From an uncultured Chloroflexia bacterium (GTDB lineage Bacteria; Chloroflexota; Limnocylindria; Limnocylindrales; CSP1-4), in contig CAVZVH010000026.1 of assembly GCA_963778645.1 (NCBI GenBank), forward strand, positions 723,841 to 787,840: a DNA stretch of 64,000 nt. The letters are read 5' to 3'. The translations under genes and the position numbers were made by a program. Of this stretch, positions 1 to 9,144 are shown one piece after another (position 1 is the first letter of the stretch; the number at the start of each line of letters is the position of its first letter). The notes under the pieces are model-generated. The model had not been told where the DNA came from and did not search any database. It saw only the letters and a program-made list of their open reading frames with translations.

Positions 1-1520
1 AACCCGTGGTTCTCGGAGATCACGACCGTCACATCGAGACCTTCCTGGAGGGCGGTGACGAGTTCTGTGGGTTGCATGAGGAAGGTCCCGTCGCCGATCA
101 ACGCGATCACGGCTCCGTCCGCCTGGGCCAGCCGAACACCGAGCGTCGCCGGCAGCTCGTAGCCCATGCATGAGAACCCGAATTCGAGGTGGCACGCGCG
201 CCCGCCGGTGGCGTCCCAGACCTTGAGGAGATCGCCCGGCGGACCGCCGGCCGCGGCGACGATGGTATCCCCCGGCCTGGCCGCCTCCTGGAGGACGCCG
301 ATCAACTGGGCCTGGGTCATCAGCGCGTCGTTCGCTGGTTCTGGCTCAGGCGCCGCCAGCGCCGCCGCGCGGACCGGGAGCCAGGCGGCTTTCACGGCCC
401 GGGCTCGCGCTTCCCACGCTGGTCGCGGACGGACGCCTGCCTCGCGTCCAGCGGAGAGCAGGGCCTGCAACCCGCGACGAGCGTCGGCGACGATCGGGAT
501 CGCGCCCTGCTTGCGCGCGTCGCGGTCGGTCACGTTGATCGAGGCGAATCGAACCTCGGGGTCCGCAAAGATCGACTGCGAGGCCGTGGTGAAGTCCGTC
601 AGGCGCGTGCCGACGTGCAGGACGAAGTCGGCCTCGGCCGCCAGCGCGTTCGCCGCGGGATTGCCTTCCACGCCGATGCCGCCCATGCCCCACCACGCCT
701 CGGCCCCGACGGCACCCTTGCCCGCGAAGGTCTCTGTGACCGGGACCCCGAACGCCTCGGCGAGCTCGGCCAGCTGATCGCCGGCGTCCGAGTAGTGGAT
801 GCCTCCGCCGGCGACGATCAACGGTCGTTCGGCGACGGCCAACAGGCGAGCGACGTCCGCGACGACATCGAGGTCCGGCGCCGGCCGGGCGATCGCCCAG
901 TCACGTGGTGCGAGGAAGGCCGCCGGGTAGTCGTGCGCCTCGGTCTGGATGTCCTGGGGCAAGGCGATCACGACCGCGCCCATCTCGGATGGGCTCGTCA
1001 GGATGCGCATCGCCTCGGGCAGCGCGGTCAGGAGCTGTTCCGGACGCGTGATCCGGTCGAAGAAGCGCGCGACAGGACGGAAGCAATCGTTGACGCTGAC
1101 ATCGCCGGCCGACGGGTTCTCGAGCTGCTGCAGGACCGGACCCTGACGCCGAGTCGCATACGTGTCGCCAGGGAGCAGCAGTACGGGCAGGCGGTTGATC
1201 GTGGCGAGGGCCGCACCGGTGACCATGTTCGCGGCGCCAGGCCCGATCGATGCGGTCACCGCGAGCAACGAACGCCGACGCGACGCCTTCGCGAACGCCG
1301 TCGCCACGTGGACGAGCGACTGCTCGTTGCGGCCCTGGACATAGGGCATCTCCGCCCGGAACTCGTCGAGCGCCTGGCCGAGACCAGCGACATTGCCGTG
1401 ACCGAAGATGCCGAGCATCGCGGGGATCGAACGCCGGCGCTCGCCATCGGCGACGGTGTGCTGCTGGCCCAGGTATCGAACGACGGCCTGTGCCGTCGTC
1501 AGTCGAACGGTCGTCGGCAT
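1..1520 (-). CDS. iolD: IolD-type thiamine-diphosphate enzyme (3D-(3,5/4)-trihydroxycyclohexane-1,2-dione acylhydrolase), 3' end off window
   Basis: The minus frame is open from the window edge to ATG at 1518-1520; it is missing from the ORF track because no stop lies in the window. My translation reads MPTTVRLTTAQAVVRYLGQQHTVADGERRRSIPAMLGIFGHGNVAGLGQAL...GPGAANMVTGAALATINRLPVLLLPGDTYATRRQGPVLQQLE...FFDRITRPEQL. Near the edge is the TPP motif GYELPATLGVRLAQADGAVIALIGDGTFLM. AGGAGG lies upstream of the ATG. Confidence 0.85.
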   Translation of the reverse strand, partial: MPTTVRLTTAQAVVRYLGQQHTVADGERRRSIPAMLGIFGHGNVAGLGQALDEFRAEMPYVQGRNEQSLVHVATAFAKASRRRSLLAVTASIGPGAANMVTGAALATINRLPVLLLPGDTYATRRQGPVLQQLENPSAGDVSVNDCFRPVARFFDRITRPEQLLTALPEAMRILTSPSEMGAVVIALPQDIQTEAHDYPAAFLAPRDWAIARPAPDLDVVADVARLLAVAERPLIVAGGGIHYSDAGDQLAELAEAFGVPVTETFAGKGAVGAEAWWGMGGIGVEGNPAANALAAEADFVLHVGTRLTDFTTASQSIFADPEVRFASINVTDRDARKQGAIPIVADARRGLQALLSAGREAGVRPRPAWEARARAVKAAWLPVRAAALAAPEPEPANDALMTQAQLIGVLQEAARPGDTIVAAAGGPPGDLLKVWDATGGRACHLEFGFSCMGYELPATLGVRLAQADGAVIALIGDGTFLMQPTELVTALQEGLDVTVVISENHG

Positions 1521-1644
1521 ATCGTCGCGGCCCCTCCTGTCAGACGGCTCCGCGGTGACGGTCGGGGCCGCTGCCATTGTGGGCTTCTCCGGCTCGATGC
1601 GTCCTAGTAGAAGGTGGCGACCGCGTCGGTTTGCGAGCTGGATC

Positions 1645-1680
1645 GAAAACGCCGAGCGGGGGAACCTGCTCGGCGTTTTC
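1645..1680 (-). terminator. Rho-independent-type hairpin downstream of the 1699..2670 gene
   Basis: GAAAACGCCGAGC-(loop gggggaacct)-GCTCGGCGTTTTC is a perfect GC-rich stem flanked by an A-run and a T-run. It starts about 20 nt after the minus-strand stop at 1699. Confidence 0.7.
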
Positions 1681-1698
1681 GTCAGAGAGGCTTGACGT

Positions 1699-2670
1699 CT
1701 ACTGGAACGTGCCGGCGTGCACCTGATCGGCGATCTTGCGCATCCAGCCGACCATCTGCGGATCGCGCCGCTGATCGCTCTGGTAGCTCGAGTTCTGGAA
1801 GGTATGGAAGGCGATGCCGGACACCTTCGCGTACGTGAAGCCGTCGCGGACCTGCTTGCGCAGGCGGGCCTCGCTCGGACGCTGCTTCTTGTGGCAGGCG
1901 GGTGCGAGGTACTTGTGGGTCTGGACCATCAGCCAGATCGGCGTGCCCGGGGTCTTGGCGTTGACCGTCGCGCGGACGGTCTTGAAGTGCTTCGGGCCGG
2001 TCGTCTGGACATCGACGCCTGACCTCGAGCAACCGTTGCGGGCCGTCTCGACCGGATACCAGTCGATGATGAGGATGTCCGCCATCCCCGTCCCCCACTT
2101 GTTGCCGGTCTGATTGAAATGCGGGATGTCACCGAAGATCGCGAGCACCGGGTGACCCGGATCCGCCTTGTGGAAGGCCGCGTACATGGAGCGCACTTCG
2201 GCGGACGAGATGCGGTGCCACGAGGGCTCCTTGACCGTCAGGTAGCCGAAGAAGGCGGGATGACCCTTGACGATGTTGGCCCACTTGGCGGCCCTCGAGG
2301 GGTAGACCCTGCCGGTCGAGTGGTTCACGGTCTCGGGGAAGTGGAAAATGACCTTGAGGCCGCAGCGCTGCGCCGCGGCGAGGTAGTTCCTCGCGTTGCT
2401 CGACCCGGCCGCGTTCTTCATGACATGGGTGAACCCACCGTTGCAGATCCCGCGCTTGTTCGCCGCGAGGTCGGCCAGGGACACGTTCTGGAGCACCATC
2501 GGGGCCGCGGTCGCTGCCGCTGGGACACGAGCGTTGGCGGTCTGCGCGCCGACCACCGCAGCACCGGCGCTGACCGTCGCGGAGCCGAGCGAGGCGGCGG
2601 CCAGCATCGCGAGGATGACGGGCGCCAGGTATCGGCTGAGGCGGCGCGGGCGCGCGATCGGGTGAGTCAT
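1699..2670 (-). CDS. Secreted hypothetical protein, possible TIM-barrel glycoside-hydrolase-like fold
   Basis: Internal ATG at residue 77 of ORF 1699..2898, with GGAG upstream. N-terminus MTHPIARPRRLSRYLAPVILAMLAAASLGSATVSAGA is signal-peptide-like. The body (LKVIFHFPE, ILIIDWYPVE, IWLMVQTH) has alternating beta/alpha-barrel-like motifs. Function is inferred only. Confidence 0.6.
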   Translation of the reverse strand: MTHPIARPRRLSRYLAPVILAMLAAASLGSATVSAGAAVVGAQTANARVPAAATAAPMVLQNVSLADLAANKRGICNGGFTHVMKNAAGSSNARNYLAAAQRCGLKVIFHFPETVNHSTGRVYPSRAAKWANIVKGHPAFFGYLTVKEPSWHRISSAEVRSMYAAFHKADPGHPVLAIFGDIPHFNQTGNKWGTGMADILIIDWYPVETARNGCSRSGVDVQTTGPKHFKTVRATVNAKTPGTPIWLMVQTHKYLAPACHKKQRPSEARLRKQVRDGFTYAKVSGIAFHTFQNSSYQSDQRRDPQMVGWMRKIADQVHAGTFQ

Positions 2671-2810
2671 GCGATCTGTCGCTCCGGAGGTGGTGGGGGA
2701 TGGTCCCTGCCGGCAGGATGGCAGGACCGACACGTTCCGGGTATGCCGCTGTTGGGGCATGGCCGAGGGTACTGGGGTCATGTGCAGGCTCGCACCATGA
2801 ACCCGAAACG

Positions 2811-4646
2811 TCAACCGCGACAGGCCCCCGCGGGCCGCAGGCGGACCGCTGACACGGCGCCGCCCGGGCCGACGCCAAGGCCGTCGCGACTGACACAAGC
2901 GGCCTCCCCCAGGCGACCGAGCAGCGCGTCGAGGTCCCCGCCGGAGACGACCGGTTCGACCGCCAGGAAGCGCGCGATCGCCCCGGCCTCACCGTCGGCC
3001 GGCGCGGCCAGGTCGAGCCAGGCCATCGCCGCGTCGGCGCTCGCGTGCAAGGGGATCGTCTCCGAAGCGGCGGCCACGGTCGCCGGGTCGACGGCGAACA
3101 CCTCGGCCCGATCCTCCCCGTCGTCGAAGCGCTCGTCGAGGAGGAGGCCGGCAACGTGACCGGCCGCCAGGCTGGCGGCCAGAGCGTCCGGCGTGAACGG
3201 ATGCGGGCCGGACAGGACGAGGTAGCGCGCCGGAGGCATGGCCAGGACCTTCGTCCACGCCGACCGTGTGTACCCGAACAGCTGGCGGTCGCGGAGACCC
3301 ACCCAGACGTACGTCGTGAGGTCGTCGGCGGGGTCGACGCGGACGGCGGGCAGGCTCACCATCTCGACCGAGTCGAACAGGCGCAGCGCCATGGACTCGC
3401 GGTCCTTGAACGTCATCGCGACCCGGTCGCCAGCACTCGTGTTCGCCCTGAGCCAGGCCGCCAGTCGATCGGGCACGAGCGCGCTGGGTGGCCGTCCGGC
3501 GGAGCGCTGGCCAACGACGATGCCGCCAACGAGGCCCAACCCCAGCACGGCCAGGAGGGCCGCGGCGGCGACGCGCCGAGGGCCGGTCGGCGCCCCCGAT
3601 GTCGCTCGGGGCGTCTCGTCGCCGGACGTGGTGCCGGACCGGGCGAGGCGGCGCCGGATCGAGGCCACCGACCATGCCCCGGCGATGCCGAGGGCGGCCG
3701 CGGACAGGACCGCCAGGCCGGCGTAGTTGCGGGCGTTGAGGCTCTGCGATGCCGCATACAGGGCGGCTGGCAACAGACCGGCGGCGGCCGCGACCAGCAG
3801 CCGGGGTCCCCGCTCGGTCCGGGCACGCCAGGCCACCGCCACCCACGATGCCGCGAAGAGGCCGATCAGGACCAGCGCCGGGCGTGCGACCCGAACATCC
3901 AGCCCGACATCGCGGCCCTCGATCACGCCGATCGCGTTGAGCGGGAACAGGTCGCCCGCGCTCAGCCAGACGACTGCCCACCACCAGCCGGCGGTGACGA
4001 GCGCGGCTCCGAGATAGACGCCCAGGTACGTCGCCACCCGTCGTGCGGGTTCGAGGCCGAGCAACGCGAGTGGCAGCAGCGCCAACGGAAGCACCGTCTC
4101 CTTGACCAGGATCGTCAAGCCGAACAGGACACCGGCGAACGCCCACCGGCGTTGCGAGGGACGCCAGACGGTGAGCAGGATCGCGACCACCCCGGCCGTC
4201 TGGGGCAGGTCGATGCGAAGGGACGGCACGAGGCGCCAGACGATCGGTGTCGCGAGCAGCGCGAGCATGGTCCCCACCGCCCCGCCAGGACCGGCCACCA
4301 GCCAGCCGATCCGGGTGACGCCCAGCAGGCACGCCATCGCCAGGACGAGGGCGACGATCCGGGCACCGGTCATGGGGTCGCCGCCGACCACCGTGCTCCC
4401 GGCCGCCAGCAGCAGCCCGTACACCGGCGAGCGCAGCAGGAACGTCGTTCCGGACGGCGTGACCGGCCCGTCACCCGCGAGGACCGACAGGCCGACGAAG
4501 AGGTAGCGGGCGTCATCGGGCGCCACGGGCGACCAGCCGAACAGCGCCGTCCGGAGCAGAACGACGGCGACCAGGGCCGCCCCAAGTCCGATCGCGATCG
4601 GCCAGTCGTCGCGTGCGCGGCGCCGGATCTCGGTCAGGTTCGCCAC
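2811..4646 (-). CDS. Large GT-C (ArnT/PMT-like) integral membrane glycosyltransferase-like protein with C-terminal soluble domain
   Basis: This is the C-terminal 611 codons of ORF 2811..5972, starting at GTG 4644-4646. The upstream part of that ORF is Arg/Pro-rich shadow. There are about 10 hydrophobic segments (DDARYLFVGLSVL, LTILVKETVLPLALLPL), followed by a ~250-aa non-membrane domain. Confidence 0.7.
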   Translation of the reverse strand: MANLTEIRRRARDDWPIAIGLGAALVAVVLLRTALFGWSPVAPDDARYLFVGLSVLAGDGPVTPSGTTFLLRSPVYGLLLAAGSTVVGGDPMTGARIVALVLAMACLLGVTRIGWLVAGPGGAVGTMLALLATPIVWRLVPSLRIDLPQTAGVVAILLTVWRPSQRRWAFAGVLFGLTILVKETVLPLALLPLALLGLEPARRVATYLGVYLGAALVTAGWWWAVVWLSAGDLFPLNAIGVIEGRDVGLDVRVARPALVLIGLFAASWVAVAWRARTERGPRLLVAAAAGLLPAALYAASQSLNARNYAGLAVLSAAALGIAGAWSVASIRRRLARSGTTSGDETPRATSGAPTGPRRVAAAALLAVLGLGLVGGIVVGQRSAGRPPSALVPDRLAAWLRANTSAGDRVAMTFKDRESMALRLFDSVEMVSLPAVRVDPADDLTTYVWVGLRDRQLFGYTRSAWTKVLAMPPARYLVLSGPHPFTPDALAASLAAGHVAGLLLDERFDDGEDRAEVFAVDPATVAAASETIPLHASADAAMAWLDLAAPADGEAGAIARFLAVEPVVSGGDLDALLGRLGEAACVSRDGLGVGPGGAVSAVRLRPAGACRG

Positions 4647-5902
4647 GACAGCGCCATTCGGACGTCCCGCCAGAGCCCGCCGGCGCCGTCCGCGGCCAGG
4701 AGCCGCCAGGCCACGACCAGCGCGATGAGGACGGCCAGGCCGTTGACGCCGAGGGCGTGGGTGCGGGCCACGAAGACGACGAGGAGCGCCCCCGCGATGA
4801 TGTCGCCGGTCCCGTGCCGGCGTCGCGCCAGGAGCGCACCCAGGCGCTCGATACCGACACCGAGCAAGGCGAACAGGCCCAGGCCAGCCGGCCCGAAGTT
4901 CGCCCACGCCTCGCCGACGATCCCGGGCGCCAGGTAGCCCGGCGGATCCTGGGCGGGGAAGACGCGCGGATAGATCCAGTAGCCGAGGTTCGGGATGTCG
5001 TCGCGCCCGACGAGCGGGCCGAGACGCCGGGCCCACGTCAACCCGCCGAAATACGGCTGCTCGTCCGGGATGACGTCCTGGAGCGCCTCGAGCGTGCGCG
5101 GCTGGATCAGGATGACGCGGTTGATCGTGCGCTCGACGGCGAAGGCGAGCTCCCGGCCGGCCGCCTGCTCGTAGGCGCGCAGGATCTGGATGCCGCCGAA
5201 GGCGAGGACGCCCACCACGGCCGCCGTGGCCAGCCATCGCCAGGGCAGCCGCCATCCCGCCAGCCCGACACCGACGAGGAGGACGGCCACGAGCTCCGCG
5301 GCGAGATAGCGGCTCGCGAGGGCGATCTCGAAGGCGAGGAGCGCCACGATGGTCGCGTACGAGGCCAGTCGCCACGCCCGTGGCCGTCCGGCCGCTGTCA
5401 GGACCAGCCCCAGGGCCAGGGCCGGGAACGCCACGCGCAGTTCCTGGACCGTGAGGCCGGTCAGCTCGCTCCGCGCCCCGGTGATGTCGTCGGCCAGGGC
5501 GGGCAGGCCGACTCGGGCGATCGTCGGCAGGATCAGGACCAGTCCCAGCACCGCCAGGCCGATCGCCACGACCGGGCGCCAGTGGCCGGCATCCAGCTGG
5601 CCGTCGCTGTCGGGAATGTCGGTCGCCGGGTGGGCCGGACCCGCCCGCCGGCGCGCGACGCGGTCGCTGATCGCGACACCGAGGGCCAGCGCCAACGTGC
5701 ATCCCGCGACGTAGAGAGCCGGTCCGGTGCGGTCGTCGATGGCGAGCCTGACGCTGCCGATCCCGAAGAAGACCGCGTGCAGGACCAACCAGGCGATCGC
5801 CGGATGCCACACGCCCAGCCCGGTCCGTCGGACGGCCGGCAGGACGAGGCCAGCCGCGGCCACGAAGGCGCCGATGACCAGCAGTGAAACGAGCAGGTTC
5901 AC
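4634..5902 (-). CDS. Wzy-like oligosaccharide repeat-unit polymerase (polytopic membrane protein)
   Basis: 422-aa ORF with a GTG start. It is multi-TM and carries a periplasmic-loop-like segment and PGYLAPGIVGEAWANFGPAGLGLFALLGVG, which is typical of O-antigen polymerases. Its 3' end overlaps the downstream start by 13 nt. Confidence 0.65.
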   Translation of the reverse strand: MNLLVSLLVIGAFVAAAGLVLPAVRRTGLGVWHPAIAWLVLHAVFFGIGSVRLAIDDRTGPALYVAGCTLALALGVAISDRVARRRAGPAHPATDIPDSDGQLDAGHWRPVVAIGLAVLGLVLILPTIARVGLPALADDITGARSELTGLTVQELRVAFPALALGLVLTAAGRPRAWRLASYATIVALLAFEIALASRYLAAELVAVLLVGVGLAGWRLPWRWLATAAVVGVLAFGGIQILRAYEQAAGRELAFAVERTINRVILIQPRTLEALQDVIPDEQPYFGGLTWARRLGPLVGRDDIPNLGYWIYPRVFPAQDPPGYLAPGIVGEAWANFGPAGLGLFALLGVGIERLGALLARRRHGTGDIIAGALLVVFVARTHALGVNGLAVLIALVVAWRLLAADGAGGLWRDVRMALSWRT

Positions 5903-6930
5903 ACTGGCCCCTCGACGCGCTCGGTCTGGAGCGCGTCACTGGCAGCCCGCGCCGCCGCGTCGGCTCCGCCATCGGGCAGGCTCGCCGAGAGGCGAGCGTA
6001 GGAGACCACCCCCGCGAGGCCCAGCGGCAACGTCGAGACGATGCGGAAGCCGAACACGATCGCGACGGCTTCGGCCGACGGGACCCCGGCCACGGTCAGC
6101 AGACCGGCCACGACGAGGTCCGTGGACCCGAGCCCGAACGGCAACAGGGAGACGACGCCGGCCACGATCCCGAGGCCGAGGGCGCCCCAGGCCACGGCCG
6201 GGTCCAGTTCGACACCGATCGCGGCGCCGACCAGCATCAACTGCGCGGTGTACGCGGCAAACACGACCGCCGTCCAGGCCGCGAACTCGAGCGCCCGCCC
6301 CCGATCGACCAGGAGCCGGGCGACGACATCGTCGACCCGGGCGAGGGCGCCACCGGCCGCCAGCCACCGGTCGCGTCCGAACAGGCGGCCCAGGGGTAGC
6401 GCCCGGATCAGCGCGGACGGCCGACCACCGGCGCGATAGAACAGGTTCGGCAGGACCACGATCACGAACAGCGCGACGACGATCACGACGGACGGAAGGT
6501 CCAGCCACCAGGCCGCCCACAACACCGCCGCGCTGGCGCCAAGGAAGGCGATGGCGACAAAGCGCTCGATCAGGACGACCGCCGCGCCGATCCGGTACTC
6601 GACGCCGTGGTGCGCCCGCAGGAGATAAAGCCGCGCCAGCTCGCCCACCGATCCGGGCGTCAGGTTGTTGATGGTGTTCGCGAACGCGGTCATCGGGACC
6701 AGCGGGAGGACCGGGACCGGCCGTCCCGCGGCCGCCAACAGGCCGGCCGAGCGCATCGCCCAGGCCACGAGGATCACCACGTTCAGGGCCAGGGCCAGGA
6801 CGATGGCCCGGCCGTCCGCTGTGCCGAGTCGATCGCCGAGTTCCCACGGCCTCGCCCGCCACGCCACGAGCGCCAGCAACGCGACCGAGATCGTGCCCCA
6901 GACCAGGGGGTTTCGGAGGGCACGGATCAT
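5899..6930 (-). CDS. UPF0104 / lysyl-PG-synthase-TM-like flippase-like membrane protein
   Basis: Last 343 codons of ORF 5899..9114, starting MIRALRNPLVWGTISVALLALVAW. Motifs TAFANTINNLTPGSVGELARLYLL and LLPFGLGSTDLV are present. Its ATG overlaps the upstream stop as ATGA at 6927-6930. Confidence 0.7.
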   Translation of the reverse strand: MIRALRNPLVWGTISVALLALVAWRARPWELGDRLGTADGRAIVLALALNVVILVAWAMRSAGLLAAAGRPVPVLPLVPMTAFANTINNLTPGSVGELARLYLLRAHHGVEYRIGAAVVLIERFVAIAFLGASAAVLWAAWWLDLPSVVIVVALFVIVVLPNLFYRAGGRPSALIRALPLGRLFGRDRWLAAGGALARVDDVVARLLVDRGRALEFAAWTAVVFAAYTAQLMLVGAAIGVELDPAVAWGALGLGIVAGVVSLLPFGLGSTDLVVAGLLTVAGVPSAEAVAIVFGFRIVSTLPLGLAGVVSYARLSASLPDGGADAAARAASDALQTERVEGPV

Positions 6931-9114
6931 CGGGTGCGACCCCAGACGACCGCATCGTCGGTCTCGGTCAGAGTCTGCCAGCCGGGTGGCGGACCGTCGT
7001 CGGGCACGTACCCGGTCACCGACTGGATCGCGATCCGGTCCGCCGCCTCGATCACCAGCGGCTCGCCGGCGGCCAGGGTCACCGCCGATCGCACGACCTG
7101 GAATTCCGCGCTGCCCGTGTAGGGCACGGCGATCTCCTCGACGAGGCGATCTCCCGCCAGGATGCGAATGCGTCGTGTGGCGTCGGCGCCTCCCGGACCC
7201 AGCGCGCCCGCGGTCGCGTCGGGCGGCGTCGGGGCGAGGTCGTCGACCGCGCCGGCGCCACCCGAGCCCGTCTGACCGGTGTCGTCCGGGGTCGCGCCCG
7301 CTCGCGTGAGGACGCGGATCTCGAGCTCGATCGGCTCGGCCGCGCTCGCCAGCGCGAAGGAGAGGCTCGATCCGGGTTCCAGCACGACCGCGTCCCAGCC
7401 GTTGCCCGGCAGGATCCGGGTCGACCCGGTCGTGGCGCCCGGGGCCATCGCGGCCAGCGCGGCCACGCGACTGATGCGACCCACCGCGTCGCCTCGTCGC
7501 CCGAGCACGATCCGGTCCGCGCCATACCGGTCGGCGACCGCCGTCAGGGCCGCCGTGTCGCCGGTCAGGGCCCCGGCGAGGTCCCGTCGGCGCTCGTCCT
7601 GTCCGGTGCCCGTGAACACGGCCGGATCGAAGCCCAGCTTCGCGTAGCCCGGCGGTTCGACGGCCACGACCGAGGCCCCGGTCTCGTACCAGACCAGCGA
7701 CGACCAGTCCTCGTAGGTGAGGATCGTCGGGCGCGGTCCGGTCACCGCTGAGCAGCTCGGACATGTCCGGGACGCGGTCGGGGCCCAGTTGCAGATGGGC
7801 GTAGCGCGGGTCCGTCCAGAGCGTCCAGAGCAACCGCTCAGTGGCGAGGGACGTCGGCACACACGCGAGCAGGAGCACGATCGCCAGGCCGGCCGACACG
7901 AGGCGTGGGCGGGCAACCTGGCGAGCCCGAACGAGCTCGACCAGCGCCACCAGGCCGATGGCCGCCAGGATGAGCCCCGGCTGGCTTGACACCATCCACA
8001 TCCGTTGCGGCCGAAGCGCGTCCTCGAGCGGCCAGGTGGGTTGATAGAGCACCGCCAACGCGAACGGGACGAGCCACCACGCCAGGAGGAGCAGCGGGCC
8101 CTCCGATGGCCGGGGCGCCCATCGGCCGGAGCCGCCCACCGGCGGCCCACTCGCCCGTCGGAGGAAGGACAGCGCGACGCCTGCCCCGACGATCGTCAGT
8201 GGCAGGATCAGCCCGAACTGGATGGGGTACTGCCAGAACCCGATGCGGACCGGCAGCAGGTCCTCGGAGGAATCGATGGAGACCCCGCCGTTCGTGCGGA
8301 TCGTCCCGACGAGGTACCCGAGCCACGGCGTCACGAGGACGGCCGCCACCGCTCCGGTCACGACCAGGGCGCCGATCAGGCGGCCCCAGCGCGACGGGTG
8401 CCGGAGCCCGACGACGACGATCAGGGTCGCCAGCGCGATCGGGATCGGGATCAGCAACTGGATCTGGACGAGCCCGCAGATGCCCAGCAGGACTCCGGCG
8501 AGCGCGGCCCAGGCCATGGTCCGTGAGCCTTCGTCGGTGGCCCGCAGGAAGGCCAGGATCGCGAACGGGAGCAGCCCGAACACCAGGTCGCGCGGATAGG
8601 CCGGGTAGAACGCCTGCCCGACCATGAACATCGAATTGACCCACAGCCGGTCGTCGGAGAGGTCGAACCCGCCGGCGAACGAGGTCAGGACGGCGGCCAC
8701 CAGGGCCACGTCCTTTCGTCCGGTCAGGCGGCGGGTCAGGAGGTAGGCACCGAGCGGGATCACCGGCAACCAGATCAACCCGAGCAGGGTGGTGGCGGTC
8801 GGTGCGTCCGTCCCGAACAGCCGGGCGATCCCCGCGAGCAGGAGGTGGAAGCCCGGCGGGTAATAGGCCGGCAGGCCCGCGTACGGGCCCTCGGCCGGGA
8901 ACGTGCCCAGCAGGATGGTGTTGGTCAGGCCCCAGTGGTAGAGGAGGTCGCCACGGACGTAGAACGGAGCCAGCGCTCGGGCGCCATAGACGGCCATCGC
9001 GCCGACCAGGAGGACGCCGAGCCACCGTTCCGCCCGAGGGATCGTCGCCAGGCGCTGTCGTACACTCCGGACCGATCCCCATACGCGGCGGCCGATCGCC
9101 AGGTCGCTGCTCAC
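6927..9114 (-). pseudogene. GT-C (ArnT/PMT-like) membrane glycosyltransferase-like gene with one frame disruption near 7735-7750
   Basis: The N-terminal membrane domain is in the frame of ORF 5899..9114 (through ...LQLGPDRVPDMSELLSG). The C-terminal domain continues in the frame of ORF 6927..8150 (PRPTILTYEDWSSLVWYETGASVVAVEPPGYAKLGFD...). Architecture parallels 2811..4646 and 9145..11259. Confidence 0.65.
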
Positions 9115-9144
9115 GCGCCCTGTTCGAGGTAGGACCGACGCTCC

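Noticed and set aside
189-1607. 472-aa plus-strand ORF (and 166..777)
   Set aside because: It is antisense to the clearly homologous iolD frame. The translation is Arg/Gly/Asp-rich and low-complexity, with no recognisable motifs. This is a typical high-GC shadow ORF.
3045-5887. Long plus-strand ORFs 3045..4937 (630 aa) and 4613..5887 (424 aa)
   Set aside because: They are antisense to the GT-C and Wzy-like membrane genes. Composition is dominated by R/G/P/D/E repeats, with no hydrophobic core or motifs.
4647-5972. N-terminal 440 aa of ORF 2811..5972
   Set aside because: This part is Arg/Pro/Gly-rich shadow overlapping the Wzy-like gene in another frame. A plausible GTG start with a hydrophobic N-terminus lies at 4646.
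7721-7764. Programmed ribosomal frameshift in the middle GT-C gene
   Set aside because: I saw no slippery heptamer (X XXY YYZ) or obvious downstream pseudoknot at the junction. With many other unprogrammed breaks in the window, a mutation or error is more parsimonious. It is kept only as a low-priority check.
5899-9114. Reading the 1071-aa ORF as one protein
   Set aside because: Only the first ~455 aa (GT-C membrane domain) and the last 343 aa (UPF0104) are protein-like. The middle is Arg/Gly-rich shadow, while the neighbouring frame (6927..8150) carries the real C-terminal domain. An ATGA junction at 6927-6930 marks a separate gene.
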